Positions 20,858 through 30,184 of a DNA stretch of 64,000 nucleotides are shown piece after piece. Position 1 is the stretch's first letter, and the number at the start of each line of letters is the position of its first letter. The translations under genes and the position numbers were made by a program. The notes under the pieces are model-generated. The model searched no databases. It was not told the origin of the DNA and saw only the letters and a list, made by a program, of their open reading frames with translations. The stretch comes from Candidatus Butyricicoccus stercorigallinarum. Its GTDB lineage: Bacteria; Bacillota; Clostridia; Oscillospirales; Butyricicoccaceae. The stretch lies in contig DXIG01000120.1 of the NCBI GenBank assembly GCA_019112985.1, forward strand, positions 4,971-68,970, in the 5' to 3' direction.

Positions 20858-22363
20858 ATGATGGCTGTTCGATTGTTGGAACGATGCAGGTCGGTGCTCA
20901 GGCAGCATCTGGCGCTTTGCATTTTCATTTTATTCGCCGCTCAGCCGGCGATGGATATCCTGTCCTTCTGGCAGGAGAAGCTGGGGATGGGCTCGTCGCT
21001 CTCGCTGCTGCTGCGCATGCTGGTGCTGGCGGCGACGGCGCTGGCGGGCTATCTGCTCTCCGAACGCCGCCGGTATTACTGGTATCTGGCGGCGGTGTGC
21101 GCGGGCTTCTTTGTGCTGCACGCGGCGGCCTGTGGGATCGCGGGCTATGTCAGCCCGTTTGCCGATCTCACCAATTACGTCCGCGTGATTCAGATCCCGC
21201 TGTTTACGTTTTGCTTTATCTCGTTTTTGCGGGCAGACCCGCACGCATTTCGCTGGATTAAGACCGGCTTTTTCCTCTCGTTCGGCCTCATCACGGTCGT
21301 CGTCCTGCTCAGCGTTGTGACGGGCACCAACCCGCACACCTATGCGGACACACAGTCCGGCGTGCTCGGCTGGTTTCTGACCACCAATTCGCAGGCCTCG
21401 ATCATGAGCATGCTGACGCCGATTCTGCTCTGCATGGCGTACCGCGCCAAAAATCTGTGGATTTTGGTGCTGATTGCGGTTTTGAGCTGCGGGCAGCTGT
21501 ATTTGCTCGGAACGCGGCTGGCCTACATGGCGATTTTCGCGTCCACGCTCGGCATCCTGTTTGTCACGGCGGTGTGCGGGCGCGCGGACAGGCGCAAGTA
21601 CGCCGTTCTCGTGCTGGTCGCGGCCGTCAGTCTGGCGGGGTTCAAGGTTTCCCCGATGTATGAGCACCAGATGAGCTATGGGCAGACCATGCAGGAAAAG
21701 CAGGATCTTCTCAACTCGATGACGGCGGACCGCGGCGGAACGGTTCTGTCCGGGGAGGAAGAGCAGGAGGAGACCGACCTTGCGAAGATGCGCCAGTTCA
21801 ACCAGATCTATGTGTATTACCGCTCCGATCTGGTACAGCGGTTCGGCGTGGAAAAGGTCATGGAAAACTGCGACTTTTCCACCGATGTCTCCGAGATCAC
21901 CGGCGCGCGCATGAGCAAAATCATGTTCTGCTCACTGCTCATGGACGAGGAGGCGTTTCCGTCCCGCCTGTTCGGTCTGGAGCGCGACACGATGGTCTAT
22001 AAGGGCGAGATGTACGACCCGGAAAACGATTTCCACGGCATCTATTACCTGTACGGCTTCGTCGGTCTGGTGCTGCTGCTGGCGTTTTTGGCGTATTTCC
22101 TGTACCTGATCGGCTGGGCGCTGGCGAAGGACGCGCGGAAATATTTCACGCTGGACGCGGGTGCGTTCGGTCTCTCGCTGCTGTTGGCGTTTGTCAACGC
22201 CTACAACACGGCGGGCATTCTCCGCCGCCCGAACGCCTCGTTCTATCTGTCCGTGCTGTTGGCGGTCATCTATTATCTGGTCAAAATCAAAAAATATCCC
22301 GCAGCGGCAAAGAGCCGCGGCATCCGTCTGCCGGAGCTTCTGCGGAGGAAAAAAACAGTCTGA
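20858..22363 (+). CDS. O-antigen ligase/polymerase-like (Wzy_C) polytopic membrane protein, paralog 2
   Basis: ATG 20858 after GAGGA. Shares DLTNYVRVIQIPLFTFCF, TGTNPHTYAD, ENDFHG and RRPNASFYLSVLLAVIYY with paralog 1. Confidence 0.7.
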   Translation: MMAVRLLERCRSVLRQHLALCIFILFAAQPAMDILSFWQEKLGMGSSLSLLLRMLVLAATALAGYLLSERRRYYWYLAAVCAGFFVLHAAACGIAGYVSPFADLTNYVRVIQIPLFTFCFISFLRADPHAFRWIKTGFFLSFGLITVVVLLSVVTGTNPHTYADTQSGVLGWFLTTNSQASIMSMLTPILLCMAYRAKNLWILVLIAVLSCGQLYLLGTRLAYMAIFASTLGILFVTAVCGRADRRKYAVLVLVAAVSLAGFKVSPMYEHQMSYGQTMQEKQDLLNSMTADRGGTVLSGEEEQEETDLAKMRQFNQIYVYYRSDLVQRFGVEKVMENCDFSTDVSEITGARMSKIMFCSLLMDEEAFPSRLFGLERDTMVYKGEMYDPENDFHGIYYLYGFVGLVLLLAFLAYFLYLIGWALAKDARKYFTLDAGAFGLSLLLAFVNAYNTAGILRRPNASFYLSVLLAVIYYLVKIKKYPAAAKSRGIRLPELLRRKKTV

Positions 22364-22369
22364 TCGTCC

Positions 22370-22402
22370 ATCCCGTCCGGAATTGCTCCGGGCGGGATTT
22401 TT
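22370..22402 (+). terminator. Intrinsic terminator
   Basis: ATCCCGTCCGG...CCGGGCGGGAT followed by TTTTT. Confidence 0.65.
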
Positions 22403-22445
22403 CAAAACGGCGCGGCATACACTGGTGCAGCGGAGGTGAAGCGAA

Positions 22446-23117
22446 ATGGCACGAAAACGAAAAAAACGGCCGGTGGGTGCGACGCTTTGGCTGGGGATCG
22501 CCGCCTTTGTCGCCGTCACGCTGTCCGCCTGCATCCTGCATGTTGTCTTCGGCGCGCAGGAGCAGCCGGACGCGCCGTCGTCCATCGCGGGCATCGCCGT
22601 ACATACCGACTACATCCCGCTGGACTCGCTGGCGCGGCCGGGACAGACGCGCACGGTGCGCTACATCGTCATCCACGAGACGGACAACACCGGCGCGCAC
22701 GCCACGGCGGAGGCGCACAACGCCTACATCCACGAAAACTGCTGGAAGGAGCAGAAGAGCTGGCACTACACGGTGGACGACACGGAGATCTGGCACCATC
22801 TGCCGGACAACGAGGTCGGTTATCACGCGGGCGACCGCATGGCGCCGGGCGGCGGCAACCGCTGCGGCATCGGCATCGAGCTTTGCGTCAACGAAGGCGG
22901 CGATTTCGAGCAGACGATGCGCAATGCGGCGCAGCTGACGGCGCATCTGCTGCTGCAATACGATCTTTCGCTCGACGCTGTGCGGCAGCATCATGACTTT
23001 TCCGGAAAAAACTGCCCGCAGACCATCATTCGCACGCAGCGCTGGGAGGAATTTCTTGCGCTGGTCCAGCAGGCCTGTGATGCACAAGCGAGCCAGCGCG
23101 CGCAGGCGGACGCATAA
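22446..23117 (+). CDS. N-acetylmuramoyl-L-alanine amidase (Amidase_2/PGRP family), membrane anchored
   Basis: N-terminal TM segment. VRYIVIHETDN, GYHAGD and SGKNCPQ motifs. Confidence 0.85.
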   Translation: MARKRKKRPVGATLWLGIAAFVAVTLSACILHVVFGAQEQPDAPSSIAGIAVHTDYIPLDSLARPGQTRTVRYIVIHETDNTGAHATAEAHNAYIHENCWKEQKSWHYTVDDTEIWHHLPDNEVGYHAGDRMAPGGGNRCGIGIELCVNEGGDFEQTMRNAAQLTAHLLLQYDLSLDAVRQHHDFSGKNCPQTIIRTQRWEEFLALVQQACDAQASQRAQADA

Positions 23118-23171
23118 AACGCACGCGGCCGGGCATGCTATGGGGGAACCAATCAAAAGGAGGACATTGTG

Positions 23172-23342
23172 ATGATGGACAAATGTCACGCCAACAAGAG
23201 CATTCGCTGCACGGTGCAGCAGTGCAGAAACCACTGCTCCAACTCGGATTACTGCGCGCTCGACAGCATCCAGATCGGCACGCACGAGATGAACCCGACG
23301 GAGAAGAAGTGCACCGACTGCGAGTCGTTCCAGATGGGATGA
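23172..23342 (+). CDS. DUF1540-like small Cys-rich protein (56 aa; below the ORF-track cutoff)
   Basis: GGAGG 8 nt upstream. MMDKCHANKSIRCTVQQCRNHCSNSDYCALDSIQIGTHEMNPTEKKCTDCESFQMG has the C-V-x2-C...YC-x-L-x-I pattern of DUF1540. Confidence 0.65.
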   Translation: MMDKCHANKSIRCTVQQCRNHCSNSDYCALDSIQIGTHEMNPTEKKCTDCESFQMG

Positions 23343-23447
23343 CCGCCTGAAACGATTTGTGTTGGGAGGAGGAAGCATGGCGCGCCGCCATGCTTCTTCT
23401 GCTGTGCGGGCAAAGCGGCGGGCGGTTGCAGACGGCAGAAGAAGACG

Positions 23448-23453
23448 GTATAA
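23448..23453 (+). promoter_or_regulatory. -10 box of a SigA-type promoter (TTGCAG at 23425-23430, 17-nt spacer)
   Basis: TTGCAG-N17-TATAAT upstream of the acetyltransferase gene. Preceded by terminator hairpin GAAGCATGGCG-CGC-CGCCATGCTTC. Confidence 0.55.
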
Positions 23454-23482
23454 TGGCAGCAGGACAAAAAGGAGGAGATTTC

Positions 23483-24076
23483 ATGACGGAAAAGGAAAAA
23501 AGAGAAGCGGGTCTGCTCTACGACGCGAACTATAACCCGGAGCTGACGCAGGAGCTGCTCGCCTGCAAGGATCTGTGCTTTGAATACAACCGGATACGCC
23601 CCTCGCACGAGCAGGAGCAGCGCGCGCTGCTCCGAAAGATTCTTGGCAAAACGGGGGAATCCATCGTCATCCGCTCGCCGTTCTGGTGTGATTTTGGCTA
23701 CAACATCGAGGTCGGAGAGAATTTTTACGTCAATCACGGCTGTGTGATTCTGGACTGCGCGAAGGTGATCTTCGGGGACAACGTCTTTATCGCCCCCAAC
23801 TGCGGCTTTTACACGGCGGGACACCCGCTGGACGTCGAGCAGCGCAACCAGGGTCTGGAATTTGCGCGGCCGATCACCGTCGGGGACAACGTGTGGATCG
23901 GCGCGAATGTGGCGGTGCTGCCGGGCGTCACGATCGGCAGCGGCTCGGTCATCGCCGCGGGCAGCGTGGTGAACCGGGATGTGCCGCCCGGCGTCATCGC
24001 CGCGGGCAATCCCTGCCGCGTGCTGCGCGAAATCACGGAGGCGGACAAAGCGCGCTACCGGCGGAGAGAGGCGTAA
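23483..24076 (+). CDS. Sugar O-acetyltransferase (maltose/galactoside acetyltransferase family, hexapeptide repeats)
   Basis: MTEKEKREAGLLYDANYNPEL..., left-handed beta-helix hexapeptide repeats (VGDNVWIGANVAVLPGVTIGSGSVIAAGSVV). Confidence 0.85.
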   Translation: MTEKEKREAGLLYDANYNPELTQELLACKDLCFEYNRIRPSHEQEQRALLRKILGKTGESIVIRSPFWCDFGYNIEVGENFYVNHGCVILDCAKVIFGDNVFIAPNCGFYTAGHPLDVEQRNQGLEFARPITVGDNVWIGANVAVLPGVTIGSGSVIAAGSVVNRDVPPGVIAAGNPCRVLREITEADKARYRRREA

Positions 24077-24217
24077 CCCGGTTTTTTGCCCAATTTGCGC
24101 GGCTTTTTGCGAGAGAATGCCGCAGATACCTTGCATTTCAGGGCAATTTGTATTACATTAGTAGAGGAAACAAACGTGCGCATGCCGTGCGCGGCGCGCC
24201 GCTTAGGAGGAAGTACA

Positions 24218-25312
24218 TTGGGTAAGATTATTTTGACCGGAGACCGTCCGACCGGCCGGCTGCATGTGGGTCACTATGTCGGTTCGCTGAGACGGCGCGT
24301 CGAATTGCAGAACTCCGGAGAATATGACGAAATTTATATCATGATCGCGGATGCGCAGGCGCTGACCGACAACGCCGACAATCCGGAAAAGGTTCGCCAG
24401 AACATCATCGAGGTCGCGCTCGACTACCTGTCCTGCGGGCTCGATCCGGCGAAATCCACGCTGTTCATTCAGTCGCAGGTGCCGCAGCTGTGCGAGCTGA
24501 CCACATATTACATGAATCTTGTCACGGTATCCCGCTTGCAGCGCAACCCCACCGTCAAGTCGGAGATTCAGATGCGCAACTTTGAGGCGAGCATTCCGGT
24601 CGGCTTTTTCACCTATCCCATCAGCCAGGCGTCGGACATCACGGCGTTCCGGGCGACCACCGTCCCGACGGGCGAGGATCAGATGCCGATGCTCGAGCAG
24701 ACGCGCGAAATCGTCCACAAGTTCAACAGCGTGTACGGCGAGACGCTGACCATGCCGCAGATTCTGCTGCCGGACAACCAGGCGTGTATGCGCCTGCCGG
24801 GCGTGGACGGCAAGGCGAAGATGAGCAAATCGCTCGGCAACTGCATCTATCTCGCGGACGAGCCGGAGGAGGTGCGCAAAAAGGTCATGAGCATGTACAC
24901 CGACCCGGATCACATCCGCGTGCAGGACCCCGGCAAGATCGAGGGCAACACGGTGTTTACCTATCTGGATGCGTTCTGCAAGCCGGAGCACTTTGCGCGC
25001 TACTGGCCGGACTACGCCAGCCTCGACGAGCTGAAGGCGCACTATCAGCGCGGCGGACTGGGCGATGTCAAGGTCAAGAAGTTCCTCAACAACGTGCTGC
25101 AGGAGGAGTTGGAGCCGATTCGCCAGCGCCGCAAGGAGCTGCAAAAGGACATCCCGGCCGTCTATGCGATTTTGCAGGCGGGCAGCGCGAAGGCGCGCGA
25201 GGTGGCGGCACAGACGCTGCACGACGTGCGCAACGCGATGAAGATCAATTACTTCGACGACGCCGAGCTGATCGCCAGTCAGTCGGAGAAGTTTGGCCAG
25301 GAGCAGGCATAA
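24218..25312 (+). CDS. trpS: Tryptophan--tRNA ligase
   Basis: TTG start after [22 protein letters not shown] (HIGH-type) and KMSKS motifs. Confidence 0.92.
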   Translation: MGKIILTGDRPTGRLHVGHYVGSLRRRVELQNSGEYDEIYIMIADAQALTDNADNPEKVRQNIIEVALDYLSCGLDPAKSTLFIQSQVPQLCELTTYYMNLVTVSRLQRNPTVKSEIQMRNFEASIPVGFFTYPISQASDITAFRATTVPTGEDQMPMLEQTREIVHKFNSVYGETLTMPQILLPDNQACMRLPGVDGKAKMSKSLGNCIYLADEPEEVRKKVMSMYTDPDHIRVQDPGKIEGNTVFTYLDAFCKPEHFARYWPDYASLDELKAHYQRGGLGDVKVKKFLNNVLQEELEPIRQRRKELQKDIPAVYAILQAGSAKAREVAAQTLHDVRNAMKINYFDDAELIASQSEKFGQEQA

Positions 25313-25330
25313 CCATCGTACATACGGCAA

Positions 25331-25358
25331 AAAATCCACCTCACAGGGTGGATTTTTG
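25331..25358 (+). terminator. Intrinsic terminator after trpS
   Basis: AAAATCCACC-TCACAG-GGTGGATTTT. Confidence 0.7.
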
Positions 25359-25389
25359 TCTATGGTTCGCGGAATTGGAGGGACGCAGG

Positions 25390-26763
25390 ATGGAAGACAT
25401 ACAGGCCATGGTATCGGCGCAGCGACGGTATTTTGCGGGCGGGCACACGCTGCCGGCCGCGCACCGCATCGCGGCGCTCAGGCGGCTCAAGGAGGAGATT
25501 GCGCGCCGGGAGGGCGAGATCGTGCGGGCGCTGTGCGCCGATCTGGGCAAAAGCCGGATGGAGAGCTATCTGTGCGAGATCGGCATGGTGTACAGCGAGC
25601 TGACGCACATGCTCCGGCATGTCCGGCGCTATGCGCGCGAGACGCGCGTGCCCACGCCGCTGGCGCAGTTCGCGGCGCGCAGCTATGTCAAGCCGTCGCC
25701 CTACGGTGTGACGCTGATTATGAGCCCGTGGAATTATCCGTTTCTGCTGGCGCTCGATCCGCTGGTGGACGCCCTTGCGGCGGGCAACACGGCGGTGGTC
25801 AAGCCGAGCGCGTACGCCCCGCACACCGCAGCGCTGCTGCGCGAGCTGCTCGCGGCATGCTTTGCGCCGGAATATGTCGCGGTGGTCACCGGCGGGCGCG
25901 AACAAAACGCCCGTCTGCTGGACGAGCGCTTCGACTTTATCTTCTTTACGGGCAGTCAGGCGGTCGGCCGCACGGTGCTGCGGCGCGCGGCGGAGCATCT
26001 GACGCCGGTGGTGCTCGAGCTGGGCGGCAAAAGCCCGTGCGTGGTCGATCGCACGGCCAAGCTCGACTGCGCGGCGCGGCGCATCGTGTTCGGCAAATTC
26101 CTGAACTGCGGACAGACCTGCGTTGCGCCGGATTACATTTACTGCGACGCCTCGGTGCGCGACGCGCTGCTGGCCGCGCTGCGGCGCGAGCTGCGGCGGC
26201 AGTTCGGCGCGGATGCGCTCGCCAATCCGCACTACGGAAAGATGGTCAACCGCAAGCACTTCGACCGCGTCCGCGCGCTGATTTCGCCGGACACCGTCGT
26301 GCTGGGCGGACGGGCGGACGAGCCGTCGCTGCGCATTGAGCCGACCGTGCTCAGCCCGGCGGGCTGGGACGATCCCGCCATGCAGGAGGAGATCTTTGGG
26401 CCGGTGCTGCCCGTGCTCACCTATGAGCGGCTGGAGGACGCGCTGGACGAGATCAACCGGCGCCCGCATCCGCTCGCCTTTTACCTGTTCACCGAAGACC
26501 GGCAGACGGCGCGCCGCGTCACGGAGACCTGCGCGTTCGGCGGCGGGTGCATCAACGACACGGTCATCCACCTCGCGACCGCGCACATGGGCTTCGGCGG
26601 CGTCGGCGCGAGCGGCATGGGCGCCTATCACGGCAGGGCGGGCTTTGACACGTTTTCCCACAAAAAGAGCATCGTGGACAAAAAGACGTGGATCGATCTG
26701 CCGGTGCGCTATCAGCCGTACACCCGGCTGCACGAGGCGCTGGCGCGCCTGTTTCTGCGGTGA
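25390..26763 (+). CDS. Aldehyde dehydrogenase (class-3-like ALDH family)
   Basis: Start MEDIQAMVSAQRRYF after GGAGGG. ELGGKSPCVV and FLNCGQTCVAPDY catalytic Glu/Cys motifs. Confidence 0.88.
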   Translation: MEDIQAMVSAQRRYFAGGHTLPAAHRIAALRRLKEEIARREGEIVRALCADLGKSRMESYLCEIGMVYSELTHMLRHVRRYARETRVPTPLAQFAARSYVKPSPYGVTLIMSPWNYPFLLALDPLVDALAAGNTAVVKPSAYAPHTAALLRELLAACFAPEYVAVVTGGREQNARLLDERFDFIFFTGSQAVGRTVLRRAAEHLTPVVLELGGKSPCVVDRTAKLDCAARRIVFGKFLNCGQTCVAPDYIYCDASVRDALLAALRRELRRQFGADALANPHYGKMVNRKHFDRVRALISPDTVVLGGRADEPSLRIEPTVLSPAGWDDPAMQEEIFGPVLPVLTYERLEDALDEINRRPHPLAFYLFTEDRQTARRVTETCAFGGGCINDTVIHLATAHMGFGGVGASGMGAYHGRAGFDTFSHKKSIVDKKTWIDLPVRYQPYTRLHEALARLFLR

Positions 26764-26769
26764 CTGCGG

Positions 26770-27612
26770 TTATTTCCACATCAGGCGGAAGCGCAGCGGC
26801 GTCATGCCGGTCATGCGCTTGAACACCATGATGAAATGGGAGGCGTTGCTGAAGCCGCACAGCTCCGCGATGCTCTCCACGCTGCGCGAGGTTGTGGACA
26901 GCAGTTGGCGCGCGTTGCGGATGCGGACGTGCTGGATATACTGGTGCGGCGTCATGCCGCGCACCGCCTTGAATTGGCGGATGAAATAGCAGGAGCTGAG
27001 CGCGGACATCTGCGCGAGGCTCTCGTTGGACAGGTCGGCGTCGCCGAAATGCGTCTCGATATAGGCGACCGAGCGGTCGATCATCTGCTCCAGCTCGCTC
27101 CGGTGCGTGTGCTGCGGCAGCAGCGTGAGCAGAGCGAGCAGCGCGTGGATGCGGGCGGACAGCAGGTGCGCGTTGACGTGCGGCTGCCGCGCGGCGGACA
27201 GGATCTCGGACACGCCGGCCGCGATGTTGCCCGCCGGATCGACGGGAAAGACAAAGCCGCGGGTCTGTGTGATCAGATTGGTGTACGCTTCGCTTCCGGC
27301 GCCCCGGAAGTGGAACCAGCGCATGCGCAGCTCGTCCGAGGCCGCCGCGTACCGGTGCGGCTTGCGGCAGTCGAGCAGCACCAGCGTGCCTTTGCCCGCC
27401 GGCCGGCGCGCGCCGTCGTATTCGACGCACAGCTCGCCTTCGTCGATCAGCATGAGCTGGCACACGTCCAGATGGTCGCGCGCCACTTCATAGTCCCGGC
27501 CGCAGTGGTACTCGCCCGCGTGCGGGGCAAAATAAAGGTAGCTCTCGGTAAATGTGTCCGCTTCGTGATAATAGCGGCTGGAATCGGGAAAAACACCGAT
27601 ATCTCCCAGCAT
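26770..27612 (-). CDS. AraC family transcriptional regulator
   Basis: C-terminal double HTH (LSNESLAQMSALSSCYFIRQFK..., VESIAELCGFSNASHFIMVFKRMTGMTP). Confidence 0.88.
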   Translation of the reverse strand: MLGDIGVFPDSSRYYHEADTFTESYLYFAPHAGEYHCGRDYEVARDHLDVCQLMLIDEGELCVEYDGARRPAGKGTLVLLDCRKPHRYAAASDELRMRWFHFRGAGSEAYTNLITQTRGFVFPVDPAGNIAAGVSEILSAARQPHVNAHLLSARIHALLALLTLLPQHTHRSELEQMIDRSVAYIETHFGDADLSNESLAQMSALSSCYFIRQFKAVRGMTPHQYIQHVRIRNARQLLSTTSRSVESIAELCGFSNASHFIMVFKRMTGMTPLRFRLMWK

Positions 27613-27761
27613 CGCCCTTCCTCCTTTCAGGAATAGACTGCCGTTCGGCAGGGGGTATGCTACAAATTATATCACAGTAAAGTGAAAAAGGAAAGCAACG
27701 CGCGGCAGGCAATGGCGCGCCGGCATGGGATAGGAAAAGACAATTAGGAGGGGGAATTGAG

Positions 27762-28592
27762 ATGTATGTACAGTACAGCGGAACGCGCGCGCCGCTTGCG
27801 GGCATTCGCAGAGCAGGACTGGTCTGCTGCTCCAACGGGCTGGCGCGCGAGAGCGCCGCGAAGGTGGACGCCCTGCGGCGCAGGCTGGCGGACTGCGGCG
27901 TGGAGACGGTGTGCGGCGCGCACCTGTACGCCGCCGACGGCGTGCGCAGCGGCAGCGCGGCGCAGCGGGCGGCGGAATTGATGCGGTTTTACCGCGACCG
28001 GGAGATCGACGCGATTTTTGACCTGTCCGGCGGGGACATTGCCAACGAGATTTTGCCGCACCTGGATTTCGGCGTCATCGCCGGGACGCGCAAGCGGTTC
28101 TGGGGTTATAGCGACCTGACCGTTCTGCTCAACGCGATTTATGCGGAAACCGAAAACGCCGGCGTGCTGTATCAGATGCGGTTTTTCACGCCCGAACGGG
28201 CGGAGAGGCTGTTTTCCTTCCGCTGCCGCTTTGTGCAGGGGCGCGCGCTGTCCGGCGTCGTGGCGGGCGGCAACATCCGCTGCCTGCTCAAGCTCGCCGG
28301 GACGCGGTATTTCCCCGACCTGCGCGGCAAGGTCCTGCTGCTCGAGGCGCGCAGCGGCTTGCAGCCGCAGATGATCACGTTTCTCAGCCAGCTGCAGCAG
28401 ATGGGCGTCTTTGCGCAGGTCAGCGGCATTCTGCTCGGCACGTTTACCCAGATGGCGCGCGCGGGCGAGCGCATCGAGCCGCTCGTGCAGTCGTTCGCCG
28501 GATCGCTGCCCATCGCGAAGACGGAGGACATCGGCCATGCGCCGGACGCCTCGGCCATCGTCATCGGCGAACACATCGACCTTTCGATTTGA
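27762..28592 (+). CDS. LD-carboxypeptidase (peptidase S66 family)
   Basis: GYSDLTVLLNAI nucleophile-Ser motif, LLEA..., and GHAPD near the C-terminus. Confidence 0.75.
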   Translation: MYVQYSGTRAPLAGIRRAGLVCCSNGLARESAAKVDALRRRLADCGVETVCGAHLYAADGVRSGSAAQRAAELMRFYRDREIDAIFDLSGGDIANEILPHLDFGVIAGTRKRFWGYSDLTVLLNAIYAETENAGVLYQMRFFTPERAERLFSFRCRFVQGRALSGVVAGGNIRCLLKLAGTRYFPDLRGKVLLLEARSGLQPQMITFLSQLQQMGVFAQVSGILLGTFTQMARAGERIEPLVQSFAGSLPIAKTEDIGHAPDASAIVIGEHIDLSI

Positions 28593-28618
28593 CCGGAACA
28601 ACAGGGAGGGAGGACAGC

Positions 28619-29092
28619 ATGCGTCTGCTCATCAAACAGCGCGTCTTTTCGTGGACGGACTCCTACGACGTCTACGACGAGACCGGCGCGCAGAAATATT
28701 TTGTCAAGGCGGAATTGCTGGCGCTGCGCCACCAGATTCACGTCTACGACATGCAGGGGCGCGAAATCGGCTGTGTCCGACAGCGGTTGATGACCCTGCT
28801 GCCGGAGTTTCTGATCGAGATCGACGGCGTGGAGCGCGGCAGCATTCAGAAAAAATTCACGTTTCTGCGCCCCAAATACGAGGTCGACTGCAACGGCTGG
28901 CGCGTCGAGGGCGATTTCCTCGGCTGGGATTACGACGTCTACGCCGGGTGCAGCGTGGCGGTGCATATCTCGAAGGAGCTGCTGCGCTGGGGCGATACTT
29001 ATGTGCTGGACTTTGCCAGCCCGGCGGACGAGATCATGGGATTGCTGCTCGTTCTCGCGATCGACGCGGCGAACTGCTCCAAAGGCAGATAA
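28619..29092 (+). CDS. LURP-one-related / DUF567 (tubby C-terminal-like) protein
   Basis: MRLLIKQRVFSWTDSYDVYDETG...YFVKAELL pattern. Confidence 0.65.
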   Translation: MRLLIKQRVFSWTDSYDVYDETGAQKYFVKAELLALRHQIHVYDMQGREIGCVRQRLMTLLPEFLIEIDGVERGSIQKKFTFLRPKYEVDCNGWRVEGDFLGWDYDVYAGCSVAVHISKELLRWGDTYVLDFASPADEIMGLLLVLAIDAANCSKGR

Positions 29093-29133
29093 AAAAGAGG
29101 CTCAGACTCCCGTGCGGGGGTCTGAGCCTTTTC
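29091..29133. terminator. Bidirectional terminator
   Basis: GAGGCTCAGAC...GTCTGAGCC flanked by AAAAAA and TTTT. Confidence 0.75.
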
Positions 29134-29141
29134 TGTGCATG

Positions 29142-30125
29142 TTATCCGAGCCGGCCTTCGTCCATGTACCTGGCCAGCTCCTGGGCAAAATAGGAGATGT
29201 AGATGTCCGAGCCCGCGCGGTACGCGCACGCCGCCATCTCGCAGACAATCGCCGCCTCGTCGAGGAAACCGGCAGCGGCCGTCGTCTTGACCATCGAATA
29301 CTCGCCGCTGACGCTGTAGGCCGCGATGGGCAGGCAGGTGTTTTCCTTCGCCTCGCGGATCAGGTCGCCGTAGGCCATGGCGGGCTTGATCATGATGATG
29401 TCCGCGCCCTCGTCCACGTCGAGCAGCACTTCCTTGAGCGCCTCGCGGCGGTTGTGGTAGTCCATCTGGTAGGTCTTGCGGTCGCCGAACGCGGGCGCGG
29501 AGTCTGCCGCGTCGCGGAACGGGCCGTAGAACGCGGAGGCGAACTTGGCGGAATAGGCCATGATCGGCGTGTTGAGAAAGCCGTTGTCGTCGAGAATCGA
29601 GCGGATGGCCTCCACGCGGCCGTCCATCATGTCGGACGGCGCGACCATGTCCGCGCCCGCCTGCACCTGGGACAGCGCGGTTTTCGCGAGCAGCTCCAGC
29701 GTTTTGTCGTTGTCCACGTCGTGGCCGCACAGCACGCCGCAGTGGCCGTGCGAGGTGTATTCGCACATGCAGACATCGCCGATCATGTACAGCTCCGGGC
29801 ACGCCTCCTTCGCCTTGCGGAAGCCCTTCTGCACGATGCCGTCTTCGGCATACGCCTGACTGCCGACCTCATCCTTGTGCGCCGGGATGCCGAACAGCAT
29901 GACGCCGCCGATGCCGGCCTCCGCCAGCTCGATCAGCTTTTCCTCCATGCGGTCGACGCTGTAGCGGTACTGTCCCATCATCGAGGGGATTTCCTCCTTG
30001 ATGTTCGTGCCTTCGGTGATGAACATCGGGTAGATGAGCGAAGATTTGTCCATGCGCGTTTCGCGCACCATTTTGCGCAGACGCGCGTTGGAGCGCAGGC
30101 GTCTGGGACGATACGTGAGATCCAT
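29142..30125 (-). CDS. hemB: Porphobilinogen synthase (delta-aminolevulinate dehydratase)
   Basis: Start MDLTYRPRRLRSNARLRKMVRET. Cys-rich Zn site DVCMCEYTSHGHCG and active-site IMIKPAMAYGD. Confidence 0.95.
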   Translation of the reverse strand: MDLTYRPRRLRSNARLRKMVRETRMDKSSLIYPMFITEGTNIKEEIPSMMGQYRYSVDRMEEKLIELAEAGIGGVMLFGIPAHKDEVGSQAYAEDGIVQKGFRKAKEACPELYMIGDVCMCEYTSHGHCGVLCGHDVDNDKTLELLAKTALSQVQAGADMVAPSDMMDGRVEAIRSILDDNGFLNTPIMAYSAKFASAFYGPFRDAADSAPAFGDRKTYQMDYHNRREALKEVLLDVDEGADIIMIKPAMAYGDLIREAKENTCLPIAAYSVSGEYSMVKTTAAAGFLDEAAIVCEMAACAYRAGSDIYISYFAQELARYMDEGRLG

Positions 30126-30184
30126 AACTTTGTGTCCTCCTGTCGGGGTAAAAATAGCGCTCGGCCGCGGGGGCAGGCGCGGGA

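Noticed and set aside
23135-23350. 71-aa ORF from the track.
   Set aside because: Its composition is not protein-like and it has no SD sequence. A different frame in the same interval encodes the DUF1540-like 56-aa protein with a proper SD sequence.
24077-24217. Possible T-box riboswitch upstream of trpS.
   Set aside because: Only about 140 nt is available. There is no T-box sequence (AAnnnGGGTGGnACCGCG), no specifier-loop architecture and no terminator/antiterminator pair. Only a TTGCAT-N17-TACATT promoter and a short GC hairpin are present.
24784-26763. 659-aa ORF, and likewise the 697-aa ORF 29142..31235, as single large proteins.
   Set aside because: The N-terminal extensions run through neighbouring genes (trpS; the DMT transporter) in other frames and look like junk. 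Internal ATGs with good SD sequences give canonical-length ALDH (25390) and HemB (30125).
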